A stretch of 63,527 bases of DNA, the filler included, from Octopus bimaculoides (taxonomy: Eukaryota): assembly GCF_001194135.2 (NCBI RefSeq). It is 6 parts of 5 records of this genome, joined end to end, with 100 filler letters (N's around TTAATTAATTAA, not from the genome) between each part and the next. Parts side by side here need not be neighbours in the genome. Positions count along the whole stretch, not along the records: positions 39,160 to 51,737 come from NC_068986.1; positions 51,838 to 61,215 come from NC_068981.1; positions 61,316 to 63,527 come from NC_068987.1; 3 more parts are not named here. One strand, 5' to 3'. Under the pieces are notes generated by a model that searched no databases, was not told the DNA's origin, and saw nothing but the letters and a program-made list of their open reading frames with translations. Positions 48,706-61,514 of this stretch are shown here, piece by piece. Made by a program: the position numbers and the translations under genes. Each line of letters starts with the position of its first letter. Within the stretch, counting starts at the first letter, position 1.

Positions 48706-50390
48706 CAAACAATTAGCAGAACTTAAAAAGGTATCAGAAAGATTCTAGCTACACCACCACTACTACTACTACTACTGCGAGTTGCTCCGTTTATCATGGT
48801 TGACATGCATCTGCTCATGATCGTGCATGTCTAAATAGCATTTTTTTTAAAGAAAGACTATAGTTTCCCATCCATACAAGTTTCCCCTCTCCATGTCATC
48901 GATATTTATCTATGAGACATGCAACCGACATGGGCTGAAACAGTTTAACATCAATCAGGTTAAAGGTGTCGCTGTCAGAACGCAAAGAAACAGAGCAAGG
49001 TACAATGCCCAGCGTTCGTACACTTCCGCCATATCCACCTACCCAACGCACTGAATTGTTACTTTATTATCAACCCCGAAAGGATTAAAGTTGACTCTGG
49101 CTAGATTTGATCTCTTAGCACAGAGAACCAGAACAGATACTGCGAGGCGTTCTATTTATGTACGTCTTTAATGACAAGTTATTTTGCTTCTGTACTAACT
49201 CCGATTTAGCGCCATATATATACATATGTATGTATGTATATATATATATATATNNNNNNNNNNNNNNNNNNNNNNNNNNNNNNNNNNNNNNNNNNNNNNN
49301 NNNNNNNNNNNNNNNNNNNNNNNNNNNNNNNNNNNNNNNNNNNNNNNNNNNNNNNNNNNNNNNNNNNNNNNNNNNNNNNNNNNNNNNNNNNNNNNNNNNN
49401 NNNNNNNNNNNNNNNNNNNNNNNNNNNNNNNNNNNNNNNNNNNNNNNNNNNNNNNNNNNNNNNNNNNNNNNNNNNNNNNNNNNNNNNNNNNNNNNNNNNN
49501 NNNNNNNNNNNNNNNNNNNNNNNNNNNNNNNNNNNNNNNNNNNNNNNNNNNNNNNNNNNNNNNNNNNNNNNNNNNNNNNNNNNNNNNNNNNNNNNNNNNN
49601 NNNNNNNNNNNNNNNNNNNNNNNNNNNNNNNNNNNNNNNNNNNNNNNNNNNNNNNNNNNNNNNNNNNNNNNNNNNNNNNNNNNNNNNNNNNNNNNNNNNN
49701 NNNNNNNNNNNNNNNNNNNNNNNATATATATATATATATATAGGACGGGCTTCTTTCAGTTTCCATCAACCAAATCCGTGCAACGCACTGGAATTGAAGT
49801 CGAAACTATGGAAGCAAACTTCTTACCCTACAGCCATGCCTGCGCTATTAAAAGATAAAAGCTAAGTGTTCGATTAAAACAAATACCAGTTATGTATCAG
49901 GATCGATTAAATCGACTTCTCTGTTCCAGCTTCAGTGGAACACATGGAAATCGATAGTTAATTATAGAAGAGTGCTGTGCTGTAATCGTGATAGGGAATG
50001 GTCTGAAAGACAAAAGATCTAAGTATTGTTATTTTTACTTTGTGTTGCAGACTTTCTATCGAAATAATAACATATTCCATAGCTTCTCTGTTCGTTCGTG
50101 TTCTTTTCTAATAGTCTAATTAACGCTTATATTGAAAGGTATGAGTATGTGTGTGTGAGTGTGTGTGCGCGAGATTATGTACTTGTGTGTATGTTCTACA
50201 TCATGCAGCTGTTCTACATCGTCAATGCTGTCAGTTGGCTATAACTTTCTCTCGGTATTAGAAATACCTTGTAGTACGCATTAATCCGGCCCTTTACGTT
50301 CTGAGTTCAAGTACCAACCGAGGCTGACTTTGCCTTTCCAGCCCTTCAGAGTCGATAAAATAAACACCAGCTGAGCACTGGACTCGATGT

Positions 50391-50771
50391 GGAGGTGGAA
50401 TAGCCCAGTGGTTAGGGCAGCGGACACGCGGTCATAGGATCGCGGTTTCGATTCCTAGACCGGGCGTTGTGAGTGTTTATTGAGCGAAAACACCTAAAGC
50501 TCCACGAGGCTCCGGCAGGGGATGGTGGCGAACCCTGCTGTACTCTTTCACCACAGCTTTCTCTCACTCTTACTTCCTGTTTCTGTTGTGCCTGTAATTC
50601 AAAGGGTCAGCCTTGTCAAACTGTGTCACGTTGAATCTCCCCGAGAACTACGTTAAGGGTTCACGTGTCTGTGGAGTGCTCAGCTACTTGCACGTTAATT
50701 TCACGAGCAGGCTGTTCCGTTGATCGGATCAACTGGAACCTTCGACGTCGTAAGCGACGGAGTGACAACAA
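50391..50771 (+). mobile_element. SINE F2 nested inside an F3 copy
   Basis: F3 sequence stops at ..GCACTGGACTCGATGT (50389) and resumes as AAATTGCTGGCCTTGTG after the F2 tail and a short gap. Confidence 0.85.
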
Positions 50772-51200
50772 NNNNNNNNNNTCCATCGAAATTGCTGGCC
50801 TTGTGTCAAAATTTGAACCAATTTTAGAAATACATTGCAGCATTTATTCCGGTTCTTTACGTTATGAGTTCAAATCAGGCCAATGTCAACTTTACCTTTT
50901 ATCCTTCCGGAGTCAAAAATTAAGGTGTCGGCCAAACGCCGTAGTCGAAGTAATTGACTAGCTGCATCGTTTCAAAATCACTGGCCTTGTGCCCAAATTA
51001 AAAATGATTATTGAATATTACAGGTGCAGGAATGATTATACGTGATTAAGAAGCTCACTTTGTAACCACATGGTTTCGGGTTCAGTCCCACTGCACAGTT
51101 CCTTGGGTAAATATCTTCTAGTATAGCCCCGAGCCAACCAATGTCTTATGAGTGAGCTTGATAGATGGAAACTGAGTAGCAACCCATCGTATATATATAT

Positions 51201-51398
51201 AATAGTATTTTATAAGCTTAAAGCTTATAAGAGATCACTGCGCAATGACTAATGAAAATAGTCTAATAATGGGACATATAAGCCCTCAGGGAAAACCAAC
51301 CTCTTCTCTGTTAAGGGCTTATATGCCCCACTATTAGACTATTTTCTTTAGTCATTGCACAGTGATCGCTTATAAGGTCTAAGCTTATAAAATACTAT
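51201..51398. repeat. About 200-bp near-perfect fold-back
   Basis: 51201-51286 is the reverse complement of 51314-51398 with few mismatches. Confidence 0.92.
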
Positions 51399-51737
51399 TA
51401 TTATTACTTACAGAATTGTAAAAATCGACGCTGCTTAACAAAACCATCGCAGGGATATATATATATATATATATATAAAGTGTAGTATATTGCCACTTAA
51501 GTGTGGCTGACCCCTAGGGGTGGATGTTACTGTTGCTTTTAGCCCCAGGAGGACATCTCCTCCAGCTGGCTTATCGACACACGACTGTGTCCTGTTTGCC
51601 AAGGGAAGTTATCCCTCTCACCTCGATCAGCAGCACGAACGTATCCGGATTTCAGGGTTATTTCCCTTCGTCGGCGTTCGACAGCTGATGACCTTGGTGA
51701 GAGAGACAAAAACCTGGCAAACTTATATCTTCTTTTC

Positions 51738-51837
51738 NNNNNNNNNNNNNNNNNNNNNNNNNNNNNNNNNNNNNNNNNNNNTTAATTAATTAANNNNNNN
51801 NNNNNNNNNNNNNNNNNNNNNNNNNNNNNNNNNNNNN
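51738..51837. other. Artificial assembly spacer
   Basis: 44N-TTAATTAATTAA(51782-51793)-44N. Confidence 0.95.
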
Positions 51838-52443
51838 CAGACACCGGTGGCACTTGGGTTTACGTCCCTCAAGAATTACCGGATATTTCTGGCCGGCCAT
51901 CCTCAAAAAATCCGGAAATACCAGATCCCTGGCTGATTGGGTCCACAGGGTCAAAACCGCTTTTGCCCCAACCCAATCAGCTGTAGGTAACATTTTCACA
52001 TTTAAGAGCTTGGCTCCACTACCCCCCAGCCCCCGTCAGATAGTATCCTCTATCCAATCAGGTTCTATACCGGGTGGCAGCTCACAGATCCAAGCTCTAG
52101 TTAATTTCTTCCCACAGTATGTGGGAAGAAACAGAATTTTTTCCCCTTCTAAGGGCTGGCTAGCAAACTTGCGAGCCACCTCAGGAGTGTCAAATAGCAA
52201 CCAAACCGTCGCGTATTTTACACCCCTTGCCATAAACTTAATAGTTGGCAGATATTCTGCTAACTCTTTTTCAATTTCCACTTTGGGAAAGACTGTAATG
52301 GTGTCGAGTAACCTAGCGTAGGTCCGCAACACCACCGTTCTTTCCCTGAAATCATTTAACCACTTCTTGGGTGGGATAATCTCCCACTCCACAGCAGTGG
52401 CCTTATTTTTCTTTGTTCTCTGCCATGATAAAGATGTCCACAT
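51838..52443 (-). pseudogene. ORF1 (gag-like) of a probable Tx1/L1-clade LINE, one in-frame stop, cut by the spacer
   Basis: ORFs 52036..52668 and 51790..51999 share a frame, separated by TGA at 52038-52036; ends YPVILEGRKPKCHRC, the start of a CCHC knuckle as in Tx1/L1 ORF1. Confidence 0.65.
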
Positions 52444-54004
52444 AAAAATTAAACAACGAAAATTTTTAAAACGGGCAAAAAGAGAAAACGGTCCAAAAAA
52501 GCGGAAAAAATAAAATAAACAGTTCGTACTAAAAACAGTTCGTAAAAGAAGGAGAAAGGAAATACAACAGTTCAGAAAGAATAAATAAAATATAAAGTTC
52601 CAGGCAGAATAACAAATTTTAAGGCCACAACGGTACTCCGGCCCGATTTGATCCCAGCTCCGCTGCAATCGTCACTTTGCTTGTAAAAATTAAATCCTTT
52701 GCGTCGTTCCACGTGGTGTAGTTCAAAGCAAGAGGAAGACTTTTCTTCAAATTTATTAGCTTTCAAAACTTGGTTTGAAAACAATAAATTCCTTTTCTTT
52801 TTTAAGCAAAGTTCACAATATTTATTTGTAGTTTTCAAATCATGGCTTGAAAACAACAAACTTTTACAAACTAAGTTCACAATTTTTGGAGGAGTGATAC
52901 CTCCAAGACACTCTTCTCACTGCTAAGTGAGACATTAAGCACAACCACAAGCAGACAAATGCGTGGAATTCAGTGGAGACTCCTTGCTCGACATAAATAT
53001 AAATAAACACGAGCAACAAACCCCCACTAAATCCCAAAAAACACAAAAGTCTTACCTGTAGTTGTACGTCAAAAATTCACGACGCTGGCATTCAGCGACG
53101 TGAAACCGGAGCGACAATAAACACGTCCTTTCGGTAAGCAACGCTACTTGTTACACAGCCACTCCTGCCCCTCCACACAGCCAAAAAAAAAAAAAGTTGT
53201 ATTCATTCTATTCAAGTTAAAGACATTCCTCTTTCACTTTCACCTTCAGAAATGTAATGAACCACTGATTGTCCCATTGGAAATCTTTAATTGATAATAT
53301 AGACTTTGTAAATATCATTTTACATCCCCTTTCCATGCTTGCATGAGTTAGACAGTTTGAGGCAGATTTTCTACAGTAGGGATGCCCTTCCCATCACTAA
53401 CCTTCACCTCTTTTTCCCATTTAAACTTCATAGTCATTAGCCTAAAAAAATTATTTATGAAACATGTTTTGGAATGAAGATAGTGTTTCAGTGAATATGC
53501 CATGAACCAAATAAAACTCAAACAGCTCTAGAGTTATCACTGTATTGCTAAAGATCAGATTTACACTTCACTTTAACTCAAATTCCATAGCTTTCTTGAC
53601 CAGAATGAACTTTTTATTTCATTAATATGGGTGTAATTTAAATAAGCTTTTTTGGATTCACTACAGCAAATGTGTTAATGCCCACTGAAGTGTTGAAGCA
53701 TCAAAATATATATGTTTATTGTAAACTTTACAACAATAACCTTCATAAAAGTGTAATATTTAGGATCTATTTTTAAAATTTCAAAGTGAGAGCCTCCCTT
53801 CTCACTCAAATCAAACTCTCACTGATGTTTCTTCTTTGTATCTGTCTTTAAATCTATTGACATTTTTGTCACTTTCAATGACATTAAAATAAAAATATGT
53901 GAATGTTTGTGTTTTCATTGAATTATTTTTGTTATCGATTCCTTTTGGTTGCTTGTCAATTTTTTTTTCTTATTTTTTTTTAAGAATTTTGTTTTATGTT
54001 TATT

Positions 54005-54215
54005 AATGTGGTGAGCTGGCAGAATTGTTAGCAAGCCAGGCAAAATGCTTGAGTACTTTGTCTTTATGTTCTGAGTTTAAATTCCCTTGAGGTCAACTTT
54101 GCCTTTCATCCTTTTGAGGTTGGTGAAATGAGTACCAGTTGAGTACCAGGGTTAATACAATCAACTAATTCCTGTACTCCAAAATTTTAGGCCTTATGCT
54201 TAGTGTAGAAAGGAT
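54005..54215 (+). mobile_element. SINE F3, older copy; more decayed copies at about 54370-54500 and 54560-54770
   Basis: GGTGAGCTGGCAGAATTGTTAGC..GCCTTTCATCCTTTTGAGG..GAGTACCAG. Confidence 0.75.
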
Positions 54216-57077
54216 TGGTAAGATATGAGTGTGTCAGATAATTTACAATATTTTCATTATTAGATAGATGAGTATAATTACAATTTGGTTGTGGTTTCTA
54301 GTAGATTGAGCAATCACATCAAGGCTTCGTCATGAAGTAAAATAATTGAAATTATTGAGTTAATGACACAATGCCAAACATTTGGTGGGGAAGTTCAAAT
54401 TATATCAACCCCAGTACTTGCCTGATACATTATTTTATTAACTCTTGAGGGAAAATTGATCATGACCAAATTTGAACTCTGAACATAATGTTTAAACAAA
54501 TGATGCAAGGCTTTTTGTTCAATGTTCTATTGACTGATAATCTATAGCCCTTATAACATCAAAAGGTAACGAGCTAGCAGACTCATAACTGTGCTGGATA
54601 AAATGCTTTGTGGCATTTCTTCTGAGTTCAAATTCCATCAAGGTCAACTTTACCTTTCATCCTTTTGGGGTCAATAAAACAAGTACCAGTTAAGCATTGA
54701 TGTCAATGTAATCAACTAGCCACCTTCCACCAAAATTTCAGGTTTTGTGCTTATAGTAGAATGAAATTGTATTAGCAATCATTTTAGCTAAATTCTACCA
54801 CTATCATTTACAGGAAATCAAGCAATTTTATATTAGGGGAAGTGCAAATTCATGAGCAAAAAATTATGCAAAAATATGAAGCAGAATAACCTTATGAATT
54901 TCATCCATAACCTTATTTTAAATGCTCTTTGAATTTGTTCCAAAGATTGGGGATCTCAAATTTTATGGCCTGAAACAAATTTTTCGAAATCAAATAGCTG
55001 AAGATCTGATTCATTTTGCAGTACATCATTTTAACATCCAATTTTTCTATCTTGCATGGATTAGAGAGTTTATATGAGGCAGATTCTCTGATTCGACGTC
55101 CTTCCTATCACCAACCCATTCCTCTTTCCAAGAAAGGTAATGTTTTCTCATGGCCAGACAAGTTCTTGCAGAATATTGGAAGTGACTGACACTGCTTGTA
55201 TGACAGTGACACTCGTTTACAACTACCATGTGATATCAAGACAAGACACACGTGTGTGTGTGTGTGTGTGTGCATGTGATGGACTTATTTCAATTTCTGT
55301 CTAACAAATCCATTCTCAAAGCTTTGGTCAGCCTTGTCCTATAATAGACACTTGCCCAAGGTGCCATGCAGTAGGACTGAACCCAGAAGCATATGGTTGA
55401 GAAGCAAACTTCTTACCACACAGTCAAATGTGCAGTACATTTTGAATAAAATTTAGTATACTATAAATGCATTGCTAGTTAGGTTTTAGCTATGAGTTAG
55501 GATTTGGTTACGAGTTGGGATTTAAAAAATGGAATGATCACAGTTGGAAAACTAGTTTAGTTTTGAAATTTCTTTATACATAACTCATTTTTTTTTTTTT
55601 TTTTTAGTTCATGTGCAAAACACAAAATGAGTGGGATTATTTTGAAAATTTTCTGTTTTGGAACATAAATTCAGAGACACTCTGGAGATTATAATTCTAC
55701 AAAAATAAATAGATGAAAGTAAAAAAAAAAAAAAAACTTTTCTTTGTTTTACTAAGGTTAGCTCTCTGAGAATATGTTTTACAATTTTCTTTGTTTTACT
55801 CTTCCTTCTACACCATTCTGAAGTAAACAACCAGCTGTAAGATTTTGTTTGAATATTTTAAATTGTTTTAAACACAGATAACATCATTAATTAGCTGGCA
55901 TGACATAATACTTAATAGTATAACCACTCTATTTTCAAATAGAGGAGTACCTTCATTTTCCTGCTCATGAAAAATTGGATGACTTACTTTTCTAATATAT
56001 CGTCCTCATCAGCATCATTTAACGTCTGTTCTCTATGCTGACATGGGTTAGCTGGTTTAACAGATGCTGGTGAGCCAGAGGGCTGTGCCAAGCTTTATTG
56101 TCTGTTTTGGCGTAGTTTCTACAGTTGGAAGCCCTTCATAAACCAACCACTTCACAAAGTGTACTGATTGCTTTCATTTGACACCAGCACCACCAGTGTC
56201 ACGAAGTAACTTACAAAACAAAGTGTTGAGAGAGGTGGCTTTTGACGAGAGATAGTGATGAGTATTTTGTTGAAGAGATACAAGATTTAGAATGGGAAAG
56301 TTGGTAGTGGATATGTTTCAGGACATACCCTCAAGATACAATAGTGCGGGTGAATATTTATTTACTTTTGTTTTCATGTCCTGTTGAAGCTGACATTTGC
56401 TTCGAAATCGGTGAAAAGTGAAAAACATGCTAGCAAATGTGCGCACACAGCCACACACACATACATTATGTATGCATGTATCTTAGTATTTATGTATGTA
56501 CGTGTATATGAAAGTGTGTGTGCACGAGTGTGCTCAGCTTCATGTATTTGTATTCATACACACGCACACACATACGAAGACCCGAAACCACACTTGCACA
56601 ATGTATGTGTGTATTTAAGTATGTAAATGTATATGAAGGATAATGGGTGTACGTATGTGCATGTGCATGTGCGAGCATGTTCAGCTTTATGTATTAGTAC
56701 TCACAAAAACACAAGTACACCCATTCTTTGATATACACGTACATATACATACACATGCATCTTTTTGTATGTGTGTATGTATATAGTTCACAAATGAGAT
56801 CCAGATATTCTCTGTATAGAAGACAGTAGTGCTCAAAAGATTCAAACTTAGATTCCGATAACATTACAGGGGATCATTCCACACGGTAAAGAAAGTCAAT
56901 AAGAGGGATCAGGGTGAGCTGATTTTAGAAGCAACTATTAATGTGTCTAATTTGCTTATCCCAATAATTGCTTGTATGTATGTGTGTGTGTGTGAGTGAA
57001 TACAAATACATAAAGCTGAACATGCTTGCACACAAATACAGGCAAAACAGATACCCCCATTATCTTTCATATACACG

Positions 57078-60000
57078 TACATGATGGCCGTCCACTTGTG
57101 ACCGAGGAAGACCATTGCCGACCTTCAAGAACATTGTGCGCTCTAGGACTAACTTATATTTTGCATTTGCGGCTCCGTTGGTGGCTAATGAGCTCTGCTC
57201 TTGACAAGCATACACGACTGCAAACATTGCAGACCAAGCTTTCCCCATTCACTATATGAGCCGTGCGCTTTCGCACAGCTCGCTTAAGTTCTTCATGCTG
57301 GATATGTGCTCTCTCAAAAGTGTCGATCCCCTCCTTAACCTGCTTCCTCCATTTGTGGCGATGACAGGCATTGTTCTCCCAGTCAGTGTCCTGCATATCA
57401 CAGGCCTTTAATGAGGACTTGACACAGTCCTTANNNNNNNNNNNNNNNNNNNNNNNNNNNNNNNNNNNNNNNNNNNNNNNNNNNNNNNNNNNNNNNNNNN
57501 NNNNNNNNNNNNNNNNNNNNNNNNNNNNNNNNNNNNNNNNNNNNNNNNNNNNNNNNNNNNNNNNNNNNNNNNNNNNNNNNNNNNNNNNNNNNNNNNNNNN
57601 NNNNNNNNNNNNNNNNNNNNNNNNNNNNNNNNNNNNNNNNNNNNNNNNNNNNNNNNNNNNNNNNNNNNNNNNNNNNNNNNNNNNNNNNNNNNNNNNNNNN
57701 NNNNNNNNNNNNNNNNNNNNNNNNNNNNNNNNNNNNNNNNNNNNNNNNNNNNNNNNNNNNNNNNNNNNNNNNNNNNNNNNNNNNNNNNNNNNNNNNNNNN
57801 NNNNNNNNNNNNNNNNNNNNNNNNGGGACCAGACATGAGACTGAAGAGACCGGAAGGAATTAGTTGCTCTCTGCAACCTGAAAGATATTTCCTCATCCAG
57901 GGAGCAAGAACGGCTGAGTGTGCTGCCCAGGTAGACAAACTTGTCTACTACCTTCAGAATTGTTCCTTCAACCAAGATAGCTGGTTTCACATATGGATTT
58001 CCTGGTGCAGGCTGGAACATTACAACAGTCTTGTCCAGGCTGAGTCCAAATGCCTTGCAAGAAGCAGAAATGCAATTCATGAGTATTTGCATGTCATCCA
58101 CTGTATGAGTGACTAAGTCACAGTCATCTGCATAAAGGAGGTCATGAATAATAGACTGGAGAACCTTTGAATTGACAGCAAATCTGCGAAGATTAAAGAG
58201 GCAGCCAGAAGATCGATATCTGACATATATTCCCAGAGAGCTAACCTTATCAAAAGCATGAGTAAAAGCAGCAGCAAAGTACAAAGAAAAGAGAGTTGGG
58301 GCAAGGATGTCATACTGCTTGGCACCATTCTCTACAGGAATGGGTCCTGCCATGCCACCACCAACATTGACCCAAGCCTCCATCCCATCATGAAATGATT
58401 TAATTATAGATATAAAGTGATCTGGACATCCAAGTATGCCAAGTATTTTCCATAGAAAGGCCCTATTTACAGTGTCAAAGGCCTTTGTTAAATCAATGAA
58501 TACTTGGACAAGATCCATATTCTGCTCATAGCACTTCTCCTGCATCTGTCTTGCTGTGAAAATCATATCCATTGTCCCTCTACCAGATTGGAAGCCACAT
58601 TGAGATTCAGATAGGACATCATTTACGAGACATCCATTCAGGCGGGTAAGAAGAATATTTGCCAGGACCTTGCCAGCAGCTGATAGTAGAGCAATACCTC
58701 TGTAGTTGCCACACATTGTTCTGGCTCCTTTTCCTTTATAGAGGGGAAGAATAATTGCATCCTTCCAGTCCTTAGGGATTGCACTATCCCTCTAGACTGC
58801 ACTAATAAGTTCATGAAGGGACTGTGTGATGCAATCACCACCAAATCGCAAGACCTCAGCACAAATTCCATCCTTTCCAGATGCCCTACCAAGATTCAAT
58901 TTACTTATTGATGTCATTACTTCATCTATTGAGGGCAAGGAGTCTAAGGAGCCAATGATAGGTCTTTGTTGCATAGTATCAATCACTGTTTCATCCACAA
59001 CTGACTCATGGTTTAGGAGTTCAGAGAAGTGTTTGATCTAGCGACCTGTGATTTCTATTGATTTAGTAAACAGAGTGGAAGACTCCTTGGAAAACAAAGG
59101 AGCTGATGTGGAGCTCTTAGGTCCATAAGCTCGCTTGATAAGATGGTAAAGCTTCTTGCTGTCATTTGCATCAGCNNNNNNNNNNNNNNNNNNNNNNNNN
59201 NNNNNNNNNNNNNNNNNNNNNNNNNNNNNNNNNNNNNNNNNNNNNNNNNNNNNNNNNNNNNNNNNNNNNNNNNNNNNNNNNNNNNNNNNNNNNNNNNNNN
59301 NNNNNNNNNNNNNNNNNNNNNNNNNNNNNNNNNNNNNNNNNNNNNNNNNNNNNNNNNNNNNNNNNNNNNNNNNNNNNNNNNNNNNNNNNNNNNNNNNNNN
59401 NNNNNNNNNNNNNNNNNNNNNNNNNNNNNNNNNNNNNNNNNNNNNNNNNNNNNNNNNNNNNNNNNNNNNNNNNNNNNNNNNNNNNNNNNNNNNNNNNNNN
59501 NNNNNNNNNNNNNNNNNNNNNNNNNNNNNNNNNNNNNNNNNNNNNNNNNNNNNNNNNNNNNNNNNNNNNNNNNNNNNNNNNNNNNNNNNNNNNNNNNNNN
59601 NNNNNNNNNNNNNNNNNNNNNNNNNNNNNNNNNNNNNNNNNNNNNNNNNNNNNNNNNNNNNNNNNNNNNNNNNNNNNNNNNNNNNNNNNNNNNNNNNNNN
59701 NNNNTGGAAGGACTTGACATTACAAATGTCATAAATGTTGCACTTGCGGATGATGACATAATCCAGCAAGTGCCAAACTTTGGACCTTGGATGCATCCAT
59801 GTTGTTGTGTGATCACCTTTGTGCATAAAATGAGTGCTTGCGATGTAAAGTCCATGTTCTTCGCAAAGATCCAGTAGCATGAGACCATTGCTATTCATTT
59901 TCCCTACTCCAAAACGTCCTAGAGAGTTCCATGTTTGCCAGTCTGTTCCAACTCTGGCATTAAAATCCCCCAGTAGAATGACTTTATCAGAATTGGGGAT

Positions 60001-60598
60001 TTTTCTAAGTATGGCTCTCAGCTGGGTATAAAAGGTTGTTTTATCTTCATCACAGCTAGTCAAAGTAGGTGCATAGGCACTATATTAGAGTAGCAAACCA
60101 CTTACCTTTCAAGTGCAACTGTAGCGTCATTATACGTTCATTTATAGGAACAGGGAGCTCTTCCAACTTCTTAAGGATATCAGATCAAACTGCAAAACCA
60201 ACACCAGCCTCTCTGCGCTCCTCCTTCTGCCTTCCTTTCCAAAAAAAGGTGTATCCACCTCCTACTTCCTCAAGCTATGAGTCTCTGAGAGTGCAGCTAT
60301 ATCAATTTTATAACTGTTCAGCTCACAAGCAACAAGTGCAGTGCATCTTTCAGGCCTACAATCACTCTTGTTGTCCAACAGAGTGCGCACATTCCAACAT
60401 GAAATGTTTAAGTTCCGTCCGGATTTTATAAATAAAAGACTCTTTGTTTTTCGAGTGCAGGTGGAGATCCATCAGTCACGCTAAACTGACCAGATATGGA
60501 AAGACAGGCAATTTTTGGTTCACCTTTTCTAGAACCTCCTCAGCCTCTGGATGAGCAGTGCCCTCTCCAAATGGAGCTGCTCAGACACCCATGCAGCA
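57078..60598 (-). mobile_element. Near full-length RTE-clade LINE (APE endonuclease + RT), inactivated
   Basis: APE: WNVRTLLD, DIAALSET, AYAPT, ILLGDFNARVG, WHLLDYVI. RT: NYRGIALLS, QCGF..GRGTMDMIF, FIDLTKAFDTV, LLYADD, KFVYLGS; C-terminal CNVC..C zinc-like motif. In-frame stops at 59038-59040 and 58792-58794; frameshifts in the N-terminus. Confidence 0.93.
57154..58716 (-). CDS. RTE reverse transcriptase open segment (spans an N gap)
   Basis: ORF track 57154..58716 carries the RT motifs including YADD. Confidence 0.85.
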   Translation of the reverse strand: MCGNYRGIALLSAAGKVLANILLTRLNGCLVNDVLSESQCGFQSGRGTMDMIFTARQMQEKCYEQNMDLVQVFIDLTKAFDTVNRAFLWKILGILGCPDHFISIIKSFHDGMEAWVNVGGGMAGPIPVENGAKQYDILAPTLFSLYFAAAFTHAFDKVSSLGIYVRYRSSGCLFNLRRFAVNSKVLQSIIHDLLYADDCDLVTHTVDDMQILMNCISASCKAFGLSLDKTVVMFQPAPGNPYVKPAILVEGTILKVVDKFVYLGSTLSRSCSLDEEISFRLQRATNSFRSLQSHVWSXXXXXXXXXXXXXXXXXXXXXXXXXXXXXXXXXXXXXXXXXXXXXXXXXXXXXXXXXXXXXXXXXXXXXXXXXXXXXXXXXXXXXXXXXXXXXXXXXXXXXXXXXXXXXXXXXXXXXXXXXXXXXXXXXXXKDCVKSSLKACDMQDTDWENNACHRHKWRKQVKEGIDTFERAHIQHEELKRAVRKRTAHIVNGESLVCNVCSRVCLSRAELISHQRSRKCKI

Positions 60599-60608
60599 NN
60601 NNNNNNNN

Positions 60609-61215
60609 ATTGCTGCAGTAGTGATTTTACACTGTTATAGTGGGCAAGTGCTAGACTTTGTTGCACAGTAGACAGTTCTCTGTGTAGCAATACACTGTGA
60701 GCATGGCACTTTACCACCAATAGTCACTGAACTTCAGCATCATTCTCATCAAACCAGTCTCTGTGTCTTGCAGTAACATAACCCAATGTTTTAGCTGCAC
60801 ATTGTAGAACCTGGTCTCGAAAATCCTCCCATGCTGCAGCAATTTCAATGCTGGACAAGCGAGTCTGAAGTTCTTTCCTAACCACAACATCATATACCTT
60901 GTGGACATTTAGACGGCAAGGAAATGCTAACTGGTTCTCTTCTCTCTTTCACTCTAATTACCATTTGGAACTTTGCTTGCACCAGACTGTGGTCTGTCCA
61001 GCATTCTGATCCATGGAAGGACTTGACATTACAAATGTCATAAATGTTGCGCTTGCGGATGATGACATAATCCAGCAAGTGCCAAACTTTGGACCTTGGA
61101 TGCATCCATGTTGTTGTGTGATCACCTTTGTGCATAAAATGAGTGCTTGCGATGTAAAGTCCATGTTCTTCGCAAAGATCCAGTAGCATGAGACCATTGC
61201 TATTCATTTTCCCTA
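60609..61215 (-). pseudogene. Second partial copy of the same RTE (EN end and linker)
   Basis: 61014-61215 equals 59705-59906 except one base that I could see; continues HGSECWTDHSLV..RDWFDEND. Confidence 0.85.
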
Positions 61216-61315
61216 NNNNNNNNNNNNNNNNNNNNNNNNNNNNNNNNNNNNNNNNNNNNTTAATTAATTAANNNNNNNNNNNNNNNNNNNNNNNNNNNNN
61301 NNNNNNNNNNNNNNN
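61216..61315. other. Artificial assembly spacer
   Basis: 44N-TTAATTAATTAA(61260-61271)-44N. Confidence 0.95.
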
Positions 61316-61514
61316 TACTATCACTACACCAAATTCTCTATAAACAGTGGCAGCAGTGAGAAAGAGGAAAACCAGAAGTGACAATCTGAACAAAACATCT
61401 GGAACACTAATTCCTCCTCCTCCTCCTCCTCCCCTCCTTCTTCGCCTGCTCGCCTACGTCACCTCTTCCCACTTCATCTTTCCATTCTTTACAAGACGCA
61501 CCTGTTACTCCCTT

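Noticed and set aside
51680-51715. CTGATGA in the unclassified GC-rich segment
   Set aside because: No stem II or GAAA follows.
57434-59704. RTE frame preserved across two N gaps, suggesting exact-length masking
   Set aside because: One-in-three chance per gap, and the first gap seems longer than the missing RTE segment should be.
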